Shown here one piece after another: positions 24,716 to 34,832 of a DNA stretch of 64,000 bases (position 1 is the stretch's first letter; every line of letters starts with the position of its first letter). The notes beneath the pieces were generated by a model, which was given only the letters and a program-made list of their open reading frames with translations, was not told where the DNA came from and did not search any database. Source of the DNA: an uncultured bacterium (lineage in GTDB: Bacteria; Chlamydiota; Chlamydiia; Chlamydiales; JAJFMA01); NCBI GenBank assembly GCA_964436955.1, contig CAYTFC010000002.1:583-64582 (forward strand), written 5' to 3'. Both the position numbers and the translations under genes were made by a program.

Positions 24716-26470
24716 TTAGTCTTCCAGTAACCGATAGAGTTTTTCGTAGATGCCTTTGAGTTGCACCAATTGACTGTGGGTTCCTTGCTCAGCGACTTTC
24801 CCCTGCGAAATGACTAAAATACGATGCGCATGTTGAATTGTAGAGAGGCGATGGGCTATGACGATAGCTGTTTTTTCGGAAAGAATTCTTAGCATGGCTT
24901 TCTGAATTTGGCGTTCGCTAGCACTATCAATATTGGCCGTTGCTTCATCCAAAATGTAAACGCTGCCATTATGCGCTGCGGCACGAGCAAAGGTGATGAG
25001 TTGTTGCTCTCCTGCAGAAAGACCGTTACCATTCCCCGATATTTTTTGTTTTTCATCCAGATTAGCTAGGTTCAGGTATTCCATAGCCTGCTTGGTGCTT
25101 TTGGATGCGTGCATAGAAATGTTTTGTTCTATCGTTCCGCTAAAGAGAGTGGGATCTTGCGGAATCACGCTAAATTGCTGACGAAGCGATGAACGTTGAT
25201 AGGTACGAATATCTCGTCCATTAATCCGAATTGCACCTTTTTGGATATCGTAGAAACGAAGTAAGAGATTTAAAATGGTGGTCTTGCCTGCTCCTGTAGT
25301 GCCTACAATGGCTAAGGACTCTCCCTTTTTTACAAAAAATGTGAGTCCGCGCAAAATCCAGTGATCGTTTTGATAGGCAAACCACACATCATCAAATTCG
25401 ATGGTATAGATAGCGTCGAGCGGTTCTCCTTGTTGGTAATCTTCACGCTCGCGATCGAGAATGTCAAAAATGCGTTCTCCCGCAGCCATTGCGGCTTGCA
25501 GCACATTATAGCGTTCGGCTAGATCGGCAATAGGACGAAAGACCATCAGTGCATAAAGGCTAAAGGTGAAAAACAGGCCTGCATCAAAGACTCCAGGAAT
25601 TACTGTAAAGGCCACTAAGATGGCAAAAATCATGATTAGCACGAAATTGTGCACAAACTGAATGCCGGAGGTAAATACGGCTAAATGGTGAATGCTCTCT
25701 AGGTTAACTGAGCAGTGATCATCATTGATTTCCTCAAACTCGGCTCTTTCACGTTTTTGTGAGCCAAAAACACGAATGGTTGAGACTCCTAGCAGGCGTT
25801 CTTGTACGAATGAATTAAGGCCGGAAACAATGGCTCGAAGAAGTTCAAAACAACGTCTCTGATTTTTCCTAAATTGGTGTGTTTGCCACCACAAGATGGG
25901 AATGACAAAAAGGCAAATTAGCGCGACTTGCCAACTTAAAAAGCCTACTGCAATAACGATACCAGATAAAAGAAGAAAATTTCCCATTATGGGGACAATG
26001 CTTTCGCTATAGAGCTGGTTAATCTGGTCTACATCAGAAATGGTTCGGCTCATCAGACGTCCGACGGACTGATGATCGAAAAAGGAAACTGGCATCTTTT
26101 GAACGGCGTCATACATTTCTGTGCGCATCGATAACAAGGCGCGCTGACCTACCCAGTTTTTGATTAGGACGTTGGCCGCCTCCAGCATATAGCCTATGAT
26201 CAGCATGGCACCTAGTCCAAGAACCCAATTAAAGAGATGCGAAGGGGTTACATCGCTTGAGGATACTAATATTTCGGAAGTGAGTTTTCCCACGAAGACA
26301 GGAACCGCAATTTCAACACTCTTTGCCAGAACCATGAGGACGACGGATAGGATGACATAGCCTTTATAGGGCTGTAAATAGCTAAAGAGGCGCTTCAGAA
26401 GTTCATAATCAATAGTGTTTGAGTGCACTTTTTCACGTTCATAGGTACGATGATAGGGAGGTATTTTCAT
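24716..26470 (-). CDS. ABC exporter, fused permease/ATPase (MsbA/MdlB type)
   Basis: Six-TM domain plus Walker A GTTGAGKTT, signature LSAGEQQ and Walker B YILDEAT. Confidence 0.9.
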   Translation of the reverse strand: MKIPPYHRTYEREKVHSNTIDYELLKRLFSYLQPYKGYVILSVVLMVLAKSVEIAVPVFVGKLTSEILVSSSDVTPSHLFNWVLGLGAMLIIGYMLEAANVLIKNWVGQRALLSMRTEMYDAVQKMPVSFFDHQSVGRLMSRTISDVDQINQLYSESIVPIMGNFLLLSGIVIAVGFLSWQVALICLFVIPILWWQTHQFRKNQRRCFELLRAIVSGLNSFVQERLLGVSTIRVFGSQKRERAEFEEINDDHCSVNLESIHHLAVFTSGIQFVHNFVLIMIFAILVAFTVIPGVFDAGLFFTFSLYALMVFRPIADLAERYNVLQAAMAAGERIFDILDREREDYQQGEPLDAIYTIEFDDVWFAYQNDHWILRGLTFFVKKGESLAIVGTTGAGKTTILNLLLRFYDIQKGAIRINGRDIRTYQRSSLRQQFSVIPQDPTLFSGTIEQNISMHASKSTKQAMEYLNLANLDEKQKISGNGNGLSAGEQQLITFARAAAHNGSVYILDEATANIDSASERQIQKAMLRILSEKTAIVIAHRLSTIQHAHRILVISQGKVAEQGTHSQLVQLKGIYEKLYRLLED

Positions 26471-28281
26471 ATTTCCTCCGCTTTTTCTAATGACTGTAGT
26501 TCTACTAATGCCGCGTAACGTCCTTCAAGAGCCATCAGCTCATCATGTGTGCCATCTTCAACAACTGATCCTTGGTTCATGTACAAAATGCGATCCATCT
26601 GACGCAATATTGGCGCTCTGTGAGTGACTAACAGCACTGTTTTGTCAGCGAATTGCTCACGCATGTTGGCGAAAATACGTCTCTCTGTAGCTGTATCTAC
26701 GGCGCTAAAGATATCGTCTAAGAGTAATATTGACCGCCCTGATAGAAAAGCTCTGGCTATAGCTACGCGTTGCTTTTGGCCTCCCGAAAGACGAACGCCA
26801 CGTTCTCCTACTACTGTGTCATATTGACTTGGAAAGAGGATGACGCTCTCATGGAGGTCGGCAAGACGTGCCACCGCCTCAATATCTTCCAGAGTAGCGG
26901 TTTCCAGAGACATTCCCACATTTTCGGCAACGCTTTTAGAAAACAGGAATGGAGACTGTTCTACAACTCCCATTCCTCGATGCAGCTCGGTGAGGGAATA
27001 ATCGTGGATATCTCTTCCGCCTAGAATGATAGTGCCTGCAGGAATCTCATATTCCCGATTGAGCAAGCGTAAAAGAGTAGTTTTTCCTGAAGCGATTGGG
27101 CCAGTGATACCGACAAAGGAGCCTCCACGTATTGTGAGGGAGATATCCTTGAGGACCATACGGTTGGTGGATGCATAGGCAAAAGAAAGATTATGAAAGG
27201 CGATATCTGCTTGAGGTGGTAGAACAGGACTATGTTTGGGGCCTTCTTGCACTTCCATGGGCGCTTCATAGATTTTCACGATGCGATCGTAAGCAGCACT
27301 ACCGCGTTGGTAGATTGGTAGTACCCATCCTAGCATGAGAACAGGGCCATAAATGGAGGCCTGAATCCACATAAATGAGACAAAATCTGCACCGGAGAGA
27401 TGCACCCAACCATACCAGGTGCTATAGCCTGTAAAAAGCACCAGGCAAATGGTAACCGCACGTGTGAGGAAGGTCAAAAAGGGGAAAAATAAACCGCGCA
27501 AAGCAGATAGCCAGAGATTGGCGTTAAAAAAACGAATGCCCAAGTTGTCAAAGCCTTGGAGGGAGGTCGGTTCGTTAGCCATAGCTTTGATTAGGCGACT
27601 GGCGGAGAAGTGTTCTTGTGCGAAGGTGCTCATGTCACCAAGGATTTCTTGGACCTCTCTGGAACGTTGATAGACCTTGCGTTGAGTTAAAAGAATGGAA
27701 ATGGGGATCACAAGGATTGGCAGAATAGATACTGCCGTCATGACAAGTGAAATGCTCGCCAAAGCAATCAATGCAGGAATAACTAATGTGATGAAGTAGA
27801 GTGGATACATGATGCCAGGCCCAAGGACTTCGCGATAAGCCGCGATGTCATTAGTGAGGATACTCATCAGATCGCCAATGTGGTGGCTATCATAAAAGGC
27901 GCGTGATTGCATTTGAAGTCGGTCGAATAGTTGAGAACGTACATGTCGTTCGACGTCACGGCTAACGGCCACAAACTCGACGCGCATGCGATATTGAAAT
28001 AGAGCAGAGGCGAGGGCCACAGAAATCAGAAGAATAACCCAAACAGTAAGACTTTGAGCATACGGGCCAAGAAAATTGGAGATCATGAGGGCAAGGCCAT
28101 GGCCGCTTTCGTCGGCCTGCATGTGCATGGAGAGGATGGCTTGGCGAAATAGAAGGGGATTAAAGACGAGCAGGCAGTTGGCCGCTAGAACCATTAAGAA
28201 GGCGAAGCTAAGGCGCTTTAGGTAGCGCCTTGTGATGCCCATCAAATTATGGTAGAGACCCTTCTCCATTGCTATTCCCAA
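26467..28281 (-). CDS. ABC exporter, fused permease/ATPase (partner half-transporter)
   Basis: Walker A GPIASGKTT, signature LSGGQKQR, Walker B LLLDDIFS. Has a 4-nt overlap with the downstream gene. Confidence 0.9.
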   Translation of the reverse strand: MGIAMEKGLYHNLMGITRRYLKRLSFAFLMVLAANCLLVFNPLLFRQAILSMHMQADESGHGLALMISNFLGPYAQSLTVWVILLISVALASALFQYRMRVEFVAVSRDVERHVRSQLFDRLQMQSRAFYDSHHIGDLMSILTNDIAAYREVLGPGIMYPLYFITLVIPALIALASISLVMTAVSILPILVIPISILLTQRKVYQRSREVQEILGDMSTFAQEHFSASRLIKAMANEPTSLQGFDNLGIRFFNANLWLSALRGLFFPFLTFLTRAVTICLVLFTGYSTWYGWVHLSGADFVSFMWIQASIYGPVLMLGWVLPIYQRGSAAYDRIVKIYEAPMEVQEGPKHSPVLPPQADIAFHNLSFAYASTNRMVLKDISLTIRGGSFVGITGPIASGKTTLLRLLNREYEIPAGTIILGGRDIHDYSLTELHRGMGVVEQSPFLFSKSVAENVGMSLETATLEDIEAVARLADLHESVILFPSQYDTVVGERGVRLSGGQKQRVAIARAFLSGRSILLLDDIFSAVDTATERRIFANMREQFADKTVLLVTHRAPILRQMDRILYMNQGSVVEDGTHDELMALEGRYAALVELQSLEKAEEI

Positions 28282-28300
28282 GTCTCAGTTTTATTTTTTG

Positions 28301-28520
28301 GGATTTTTACCACAGAGGCACAGAGACACTGAGAAGGACCTGCGGTTAAGAGACCGGTTTTAGGAAGTCCTCAGGCCTTGAGAGGCCTGGAGACCCAGCT
28401 CATTTAACTGTTAAACTGAGGCTATTTTTTCTGGCCTCTCAAGGCCAGAAAAAGTCCCCAAAGCCGCTCTCTCTACCGCAGGTCCTTCTCAGTGTCTCTG
28501 TGCCTCTGTGGTAAAAATCC
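28301..28520. repeat. 220-nt near-palindromic, MITE-like element with perfect 46-bp terminal inverted repeats
   Basis: 28301-28346 (ggatttttaccacagaggcacagagacactgagaaggacctgcggt) is the exact reverse complement of 28475-28520. Inner arms are also complementary (ggccttgagaggcc / ggcctctcaaggcc). Confidence 0.8.
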
Positions 28521-28541
28521 TAAAAAAGCAAAATACGTTTT

Positions 28542-30191
28542 CTATAAAAGCTGTTTCACAATGTCATCCGGGATGATTTGCCTAAACAGGACCTGCTGAA
28601 TTTTAGCTACATCTGGGTTATCCTGGGAAGGGGTTGCTTCCACAGCACGATACCAAATGCCTATATACGGCTTGTTTAGAGCCTTTGCAGCTTTTGCCAT
28701 TCCCTCAACGTTCTTTTTCTTATCATCAATGAAAATAATTCTATCGAATTCCACAGGATGCTGTGCTAAAAATTGTACAAGAACATCCGCTTTATCGTTC
28801 TGTAATCCAGCGAAAACCACACCATCGATGTACTTAGCTGGAGAAACTGTAAATAACGTAAAGTCTTCAGTAGCCACATCACTGCGGCTAAAATCAATAA
28901 AAATATCTCGCAGTGCTTTAAGGGTTGTATGGGCCATTTCGATGTAGCGCGCTGTCAGACCCATGGTCTTGACACCCCGCTGCTGCAGTGTTTGCAAAAC
29001 GTTAGCGGTATTTGGCTCTACAGGCCTCACAGGTGTGCGAATCAGCACTTGATGCCAGAAGGGAACCAAACGATCGAGAACTTGCTCTTTTGATAGGCCT
29101 GCAGCCATGGCGTCTTTGGTGACCTTGTCTGCCCATACGTCGCCACCTAATGCACTATCCGTCCGCATGAGGGTGTCGTTGAGGTCGAACACTACGAGCG
29201 TCTTTTCATCCGCTAGAGATAACAGGTCCGTGATCTGCGTGCTTTCTCTAATTTCGATTGGGACATCATGACTAGTTAGTTGTGGAGGTTTAGAATGACT
29301 TCCGCCGGTTAAAGTACTGTCGATTCTAGAAGGATGTAAAATAGGATCTTTGTACTTTGCCAGCAAGCTTACGGCTTGTGGCATTGTAAGGATGCGGGCT
29401 GCTATAGCATCAGGAATCACCTTGTCCATATACTTTAGCTGATAGTCCGCAATCTCCATACGGAAATGGCTAAAGGCGGAGTCCTCTCCACTAAAGCGTA
29501 GGCCTATATACTCCAGACCGCGCTCTAAAGCAAAGTCGTGCACATGGGTGACGTTGTAGCCTCGATCGTCTGCAAATACGATTTTCGTAATCTTATTGTC
29601 GATCTGATCCAAAAACTGGGCAAGAACGATATCTTTCTTATTGCAATCGTGAGCGAAGATAACGCCTTGATAGAATGCGACTGGATATTTCGTAGTGAAA
29701 GTGAAGGTGTTGTCTGACCAAGGGTTCTGGCCGAAATCGATATTGATGCTATTCAAACTGTCAATAGTTGCTGGGGCCAAAATAGCCTGGCGTGCTGTCA
29801 ATGCGATCACACCACATGCTTTGGCTTTCCATTCGTTAATCAGTTCTGGTAAGCAAGCTTGGCACGGTTCTACAGTAGTAAATCGCTGTGTGGGAACAAA
29901 GTCATGATAGCCTTCATTGACACTCGTGTACTTATCTTTGCCTTGTTTAACTCCATTTTCTACGAGATGCCAAAACCATTGGCAGCTACCTAGTGAAGTT
30001 GTGGCGCGAAAGGTTGTGCTGTCAAGGTCCAATACCACGAGGGTATTTGCGTCGATATGTGTGTTAAGTACACGGAAATCATCGCCGTCGATGACTATCG
30101 TTTTAGGTGCTGAAGCTTCGGAAGTAGCTGGAACCAGAAGGAGTAGTCCGCAAAGGACTAAACCAAGAATTCGTCTAATATGAGTTTGCAT
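28542..30191 (-). CDS. Secreted protein with two tandem HAD-superfamily-like domains
   Basis: Signal peptide (LLLLVPATSEASA). Domain 1 has motif I VVLDLDSTTF (DxDxT) and FADDRGYN. Domain 2 has VVFDLNDTLM (DxNxT) and FIDDKKKN. Both have a conserved LTAR block. Confidence 0.6.
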   Translation of the reverse strand: MQTHIRRILGLVLCGLLLLVPATSEASAPKTIVIDGDDFRVLNTHIDANTLVVLDLDSTTFRATTSLGSCQWFWHLVENGVKQGKDKYTSVNEGYHDFVPTQRFTTVEPCQACLPELINEWKAKACGVIALTARQAILAPATIDSLNSINIDFGQNPWSDNTFTFTTKYPVAFYQGVIFAHDCNKKDIVLAQFLDQIDNKITKIVFADDRGYNVTHVHDFALERGLEYIGLRFSGEDSAFSHFRMEIADYQLKYMDKVIPDAIAARILTMPQAVSLLAKYKDPILHPSRIDSTLTGGSHSKPPQLTSHDVPIEIRESTQITDLLSLADEKTLVVFDLNDTLMRTDSALGGDVWADKVTKDAMAAGLSKEQVLDRLVPFWHQVLIRTPVRPVEPNTANVLQTLQQRGVKTMGLTARYIEMAHTTLKALRDIFIDFSRSDVATEDFTLFTVSPAKYIDGVVFAGLQNDKADVLVQFLAQHPVEFDRIIFIDDKKKNVEGMAKAAKALNKPYIGIWYRAVEATPSQDNPDVAKIQQVLFRQIIPDDIVKQLL

Positions 30192-30200
30192 GGCGTATCG

Positions 30201-32168
30201 TTATCCAAATAGTGTTGTGATAAGACGGGACACATCATTAAAGGTTAGGAATAGGAAAAAGATCACGAGCAAAAACGCAAATGGAATTACCACTTTTTCC
30301 AACGTTTTGATTTTCACTCGACGGCGCGTGATCAGTTCAAAGAGTGAGAACACAATAGATCCGCCATCCAGTACAGGAATGGGGAGTAAGTTCAGGAACC
30401 CAAGGTTTAAGCTAACAGCTCCCAACCAATAGATGCCTTCTTTCACGCTATGAGCCCAATTGGATTGAATGACGGCTACTAAACCGATGGGTCCTGCGAT
30501 CCACTTGGGACTTAGGGTGCCGGTTGCAAAGGCTTTTAAGGTGCGCCAGATTTCGTCAACAACATCGCCAAAGAGGGCAACAGGTCCTGGATTATAGAGG
30601 ACTTGAGCATCAGCAAAAGCGGGGGGGCCTAAATAGAGTTGCTGCTCCGTTTTTGACAAGAGTTCAAGCATGTGCGAACGCTTTTCAGGGTCTTCAATTG
30701 CTTCATACTGCTTCCATTCCTCGCGCTTCTGAGTGTTATAAGCGGCTTGGATTTCAGAGCTAGTAGCAAATTCAGCATGTGTTTTCGGTGTGACGGTGTG
30801 CAGACGGTTTAGCTTGCCAATCGTCATCTTTGGAGTCGCACTGCCAATATCAGCGATGAGTTGCTCCAGTTCCTTGAAATTGACATCCTTGAAGTAGTCT
30901 TGATTAGCGACTTCCCAGTTCTGAGGTGTGTCCACATCTGTGCCACGCAAAACGATTAATATAGCTTTTGGCTCCTGCAAGCGGCTAATAATCTGATGAG
31001 AGTATTGGACGGGCTCTCCGTTCACAGCGACAATTTTGTCTCCAGCCTTTAGAGGTTCTTCCATTTCTGAATAGGGATACTCAGGAAAGGCAATTTTGTG
31101 TGCTTCGGGGTCGATAAAGGCGATCAGATTTTCGACGCCGCCGCCATGATTGAGGTTGTAGGGAATGACGAATAACTTGGAAGTTTTTAGCTTTTGTAGA
31201 CCCGCCTCATATTGCCAATCGACAATTTCTTCTCGGAAAGCGGGGTCTACGCGTAATTCTTGTATAGGAATGCGTGGAATGCGGCGTAACAACTTGGTAC
31301 CACCACGTTCAACCGTTACCAATGTACGTGGTTCATTGATCAAATAGGAAAGCTCGGGTGTAGAAAAAATCAGCTCACCATTTGCCCATATCAAGCGATC
31401 ATTGGGTTGAATACCGCTTTCGATAAGGGGCGAGCCTTTGGCTAATTTTTCATCAAGAGTCTCTTCCTCGCCTTCTTTAGGTGTTGTTGGTTTGTAGATG
31501 ATATAGGTGGAGGAGTCAAGAATTCCGGCGGTCTTAAAGCTCTTATCGAAGACGCGTGGGTGAGGATACACCTTAACGGTATATTCAAAGGGGACGTGGG
31601 ACCCTTCGAAATAGTTAAAGTGCTCTCCACGAATGCGCAATACTTGGTCAGCTGTAAGGGCTGCATACACGTGGTCTTTATTGTTGTTGAAGGGGCGATC
31701 TGTATAAGCTGTGACTTCGTCGCCTGGGCGTATGCCAGCCTTATATAGGTCTGAATCACGATCGATCCAGCCGATCTTGTTAGAGAACTCGCCGAAGGAT
31801 TTATCGCGTCCTCCCACTAACCACAGCAAGCCAAATACCAGGAAGGCGAGGATAAGGTTGGCAAAGGGGCCTGCTAATGAAACTTTAATGCGATCGATGG
31901 GCGGTCTGCCAAAGAAACCGTCTTTGACGAGATACGGATCCATATTTTCGTCTTCAGTATCCTGGCCTTTAATCCTGACGTAGCCGCCAAAAGGGATCCA
32001 GTTAAGGCGCCATTCGACGCCATCGCGCTCCCATTTGTAGATGGCGCGTCCGAAGCCAATGCCAAATGCTTCAACACGCATACCAACTCGACGAGCCATC
32101 CAGTAATGCCCAAGCTCGTGAATAAAGATTAGAAAACCCAAAACCAGGATCGCAATGATTAAATACAT
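30201..32168 (-). CDS. rseP: RseP-type site-2 zinc metalloprotease with PDZ domains
   Basis: HELGHYWMA near the N-terminus and NLLPIPVLDGG near the C-terminus, with a long PDZ-containing periplasmic region. Confidence 0.9.
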   Translation of the reverse strand: MYLIIAILVLGFLIFIHELGHYWMARRVGMRVEAFGIGFGRAIYKWERDGVEWRLNWIPFGGYVRIKGQDTEDENMDPYLVKDGFFGRPPIDRIKVSLAGPFANLILAFLVFGLLWLVGGRDKSFGEFSNKIGWIDRDSDLYKAGIRPGDEVTAYTDRPFNNNKDHVYAALTADQVLRIRGEHFNYFEGSHVPFEYTVKVYPHPRVFDKSFKTAGILDSSTYIIYKPTTPKEGEEETLDEKLAKGSPLIESGIQPNDRLIWANGELIFSTPELSYLINEPRTLVTVERGGTKLLRRIPRIPIQELRVDPAFREEIVDWQYEAGLQKLKTSKLFVIPYNLNHGGGVENLIAFIDPEAHKIAFPEYPYSEMEEPLKAGDKIVAVNGEPVQYSHQIISRLQEPKAILIVLRGTDVDTPQNWEVANQDYFKDVNFKELEQLIADIGSATPKMTIGKLNRLHTVTPKTHAEFATSSEIQAAYNTQKREEWKQYEAIEDPEKRSHMLELLSKTEQQLYLGPPAFADAQVLYNPGPVALFGDVVDEIWRTLKAFATGTLSPKWIAGPIGLVAVIQSNWAHSVKEGIYWLGAVSLNLGFLNLLPIPVLDGGSIVFSLFELITRRRVKIKTLEKVVIPFAFLLVIFFLFLTFNDVSRLITTLFG

Positions 32169-32197
32169 GAGACTACCTAAATGTGCCTTGATTACCT

Positions 32198-33334
32198 TTA
32201 TGCATAGCTTGCCTCATGGCGAGCCTGTCTGTCTACTGCCAAAATAGACTGTAGGGAAGCGTTTGGTTGAACGGAATGCTGTGACATAAGGTTGGCTAGC
32301 TTGTGCCCAATACCACTCCAACTAACCTCTCCTTTTACAAATCGCTCTACAAGTACTTCGTTGGCGGCGTTCATAAAAGTGGGAAGTGTCCCCCCCACTT
32401 GACCAGCTTTATACGCAAGGCCTAAGCAACGAAATCGCTCATAGTCGGGCACACCAAACTCGAGTTTGTTGTGTTTGGTGAAATCGAATGGTTGCAGCAT
32501 GCTTGGTTGACGGTGAGGATATGTCATCGCATATTGAACAGCGGTGACCATATCGGGTACTCCCATTTGCGCCATGATGGAGCCATCCACAAATTCCACC
32601 ATGCTATGAATGATGCTTTGGGGATGTATGACGACTTCAATTTGGTCGAGGGGAATGCCATACAGCCAATGCGCTTCCAAGACTTCAAGGCCCTTATTCA
32701 TGAGTGTGGAGCAGTCGATCGTAATTTTTGGGCCCATATTCCAGTTGGGATGCTGCAGCGCCATATCAACGGTGATGGTACTTAGCTGGTCGAGAGTCCA
32801 GGAACGGAATGGGCCTCCGGAAGCTGTTAAAATAAGGCGTCGCACTTTTGCACGATCCTCACCCTGTAAGCATTGAAATAGGGCGCTATGTTCGCTGTCA
32901 ACTGGTAAAATGGTGGCGTGGTGCTGTGCTGCTTTGGAGATGACCAAACTTCCAGCTGATACCAAGGCTTCTTTATTGGCCAAAGCGATGGTCTTTCCAG
33001 CTTCGACGGCCGCTAAGGTTGGGGCGATTCCAGCGGTTCCCACCATTGCCGCAATCACCATATCAGCTTCATCTAGCGTGGAAATTTCACATATTCCCTC
33101 GATCCCAGAAAGAATTTTGGTATGAGGAAGTCTTTGCTGCAAGATTTCGGCTTTCTCTGGGTCGTCCAAGGCAATGACTTGTGGTTTGAACTCCAGGGCC
33201 TGTTGATAAAGCTTGTCGATGTTAGATTTTGCTGCTAAAGCGGTGATCTGAAAGGACCCGGCAAGATGCCGTACTACCTTAAGGGCGCTTTCTCCAATAG
33301 ATCCGGTACTGCCTAAGATGGCAAGTCGCTTCAT
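32198..33334 (-). CDS. dxr: 1-deoxy-D-xylulose 5-phosphate reductoisomerase
   Basis: LGSTGSIG NADPH motif, LANKEAL, and DSEHSA metal/substrate motifs. Confidence 0.95.
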   Translation of the reverse strand: MKRLAILGSTGSIGESALKVVRHLAGSFQITALAAKSNIDKLYQQALEFKPQVIALDDPEKAEILQQRLPHTKILSGIEGICEISTLDEADMVIAAMVGTAGIAPTLAAVEAGKTIALANKEALVSAGSLVISKAAQHHATILPVDSEHSALFQCLQGEDRAKVRRLILTASGGPFRSWTLDQLSTITVDMALQHPNWNMGPKITIDCSTLMNKGLEVLEAHWLYGIPLDQIEVVIHPQSIIHSMVEFVDGSIMAQMGVPDMVTAVQYAMTYPHRQPSMLQPFDFTKHNKLEFGVPDYERFRCLGLAYKAGQVGGTLPTFMNAANEVLVERFVKGEVSWSGIGHKLANLMSQHSVQPNASLQSILAVDRQARHEASYA

Positions 33335-33410
33335 AGAAATAGTAATTCTTTAAAAGTGGATAAATCAACTTTGTGTAGGAAATCATTATAACAACCCCTG
33401 GACGAAAGTC

Positions 33411-33437
33411 AATGCCTACGTATAGGCATTTTTTCGG
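33411..33437. terminator. Hairpin with a T-tract between the hydrolase gene and dxr
   Basis: aatgccta-cgta-taggcatt followed by ttttcgg on the plus strand. The stem core tgcct...tataggca resembles the hairpin of repeat A (13/16). Confidence 0.4.
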
Positions 33438-33445
33438 AATAATGA

Positions 33446-34681
33446 TTATTCGTTGTTGCGGAGCCAATTGTCTAGTTTTTCGCGGCTAAAATCATGGTCA
33501 TTGGACGAGCCATACCATAGATCATCGATGGTTTCGGGATTTTCTATCTGCCCCCTTACCGGTTCAGTCATGGCGGCTAAAATACTTTTTCCTATTGGAT
33601 GGTGTTCATGTCTGCCGATGACTGTGGCAATGGTGAATTTCTCAGCCTCGGCTTTTTTAGAGTTAATAAGACCTACAATCCGCTCGGAAAAAGTCCTATG
33701 CATATCTTTAGGCATCATATCATCCTCTGTTGCTCGCACAATATAGCATCGACCGTTTAAGTGTTCTAATCGATCTAACGTATTAAAGGCTGTCACTTTC
33801 GTATATCTGTCTACGGCCATCTTTTTAGCTTTATTGGGTATGCTGGCATCTTCTAACTGATCCCCCACGATCCTAGCCATATTCGTGAATGTACGTTCAA
33901 GTACCACGTCGACATTTCTAACCGTCCCTACATACGCTGCCGCCGCGCCGCCGAGCGAATATCCAATTACTTTTACATTGTTAATATTTGTACTGTGCCC
34001 TTTTTCCTGAGCTTTTTGACACATTTTATCAAAGGCAGCCTCGGAGTCTTCGTAAATGTGCTTTTCTGTGCGGCTACCCTTGCTTTTTCCGAAGCCCGAA
34101 TAGTTGAAAATCATGACGTCGTGGCCCATTTTAGTGAGAGATTGGACCATAGGAAGGACGTAGTTTTCGCAGGAAAGGTGGCTTCCACTGCAAATTAAAA
34201 TAGTTTGATTAGTTGCTGGATTAATATCTTTATTAGGAGATGTGCTATTAAAAAACATTCCCTCCAATTCTCTCTTATGTCTGCCTTTTCCGGACTCCAT
34301 TTTGAAGGTGTCACAAGTCCAGGGGAAAACTTCACTATTGCTAACACCTTTCTTAAGTGTGACGGTTTCTGGGTGTTGCAATGTTTGGCGAAGTTCCTCT
34401 TTAATCTTTTTTGCCCCACGATCGCCAATAGCACTACGCTCGGTAAGCCACTTGGTTATTTTGGATACATCACCTTTAGAGGGAAGTTGCACAGCTGTTT
34501 GCTGAATTTGGTTTTGTGCTGCATGGGTTTGATCCCCTATAATACTGTGTGCAACATTTTGCACATCCATTTTTATTTCTGGTGACACATCTTCTGAATG
34601 AACTTTCTGGGAATTGTCTAATGGTTGATCAAAGTGAGGGAGGGATGACTGAGAGTCGTAATTTTTATTATCAAAATTCAT
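33446..34681 (-). CDS. Alpha/beta hydrolase, paralogue 1 (candidate secreted effector)
   Basis: GYSLGGAAAA nucleophile elbow plus downstream Asp (ATEDDMMP) and His (GRHEHHP) candidates. ATG 34681 has a GAGGTG SD. About 80% identical to its neighbour across the catalytic core, judged by eye. Confidence 0.75.
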   Translation of the reverse strand: MNFDNKNYDSQSSLPHFDQPLDNSQKVHSEDVSPEIKMDVQNVAHSIIGDQTHAAQNQIQQTAVQLPSKGDVSKITKWLTERSAIGDRGAKKIKEELRQTLQHPETVTLKKGVSNSEVFPWTCDTFKMESGKGRHKRELEGMFFNSTSPNKDINPATNQTILICSGSHLSCENYVLPMVQSLTKMGHDVMIFNYSGFGKSKGSRTEKHIYEDSEAAFDKMCQKAQEKGHSTNINNVKVIGYSLGGAAAAYVGTVRNVDVVLERTFTNMARIVGDQLEDASIPNKAKKMAVDRYTKVTAFNTLDRLEHLNGRCYIVRATEDDMMPKDMHRTFSERIVGLINSKKAEAEKFTIATVIGRHEHHPIGKSILAAMTEPVRGQIENPETIDDLWYGSSNDHDFSREKLDNWLRNNE

Positions 34682-34832
34682 AAAACACCTCAAATTAACC
34701 TGACTTTAACTATATTATATATTAATATTAAAAATTTAGTTAATAAATAAGGTTAAGCAAGATTGTTTTTTATTTATTATGAATTGTGCGATCTAAATCA
34801 GTTGCAAAATTAAATCAACCAGATTAGACTTC

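Noticed and set aside
34682-34693. Four-codon upstream extension of hydrolase paralogue 1 (MRCF...)
   Set aside because: The extension itself contains the GAGGTG SD that serves ATG 34681.
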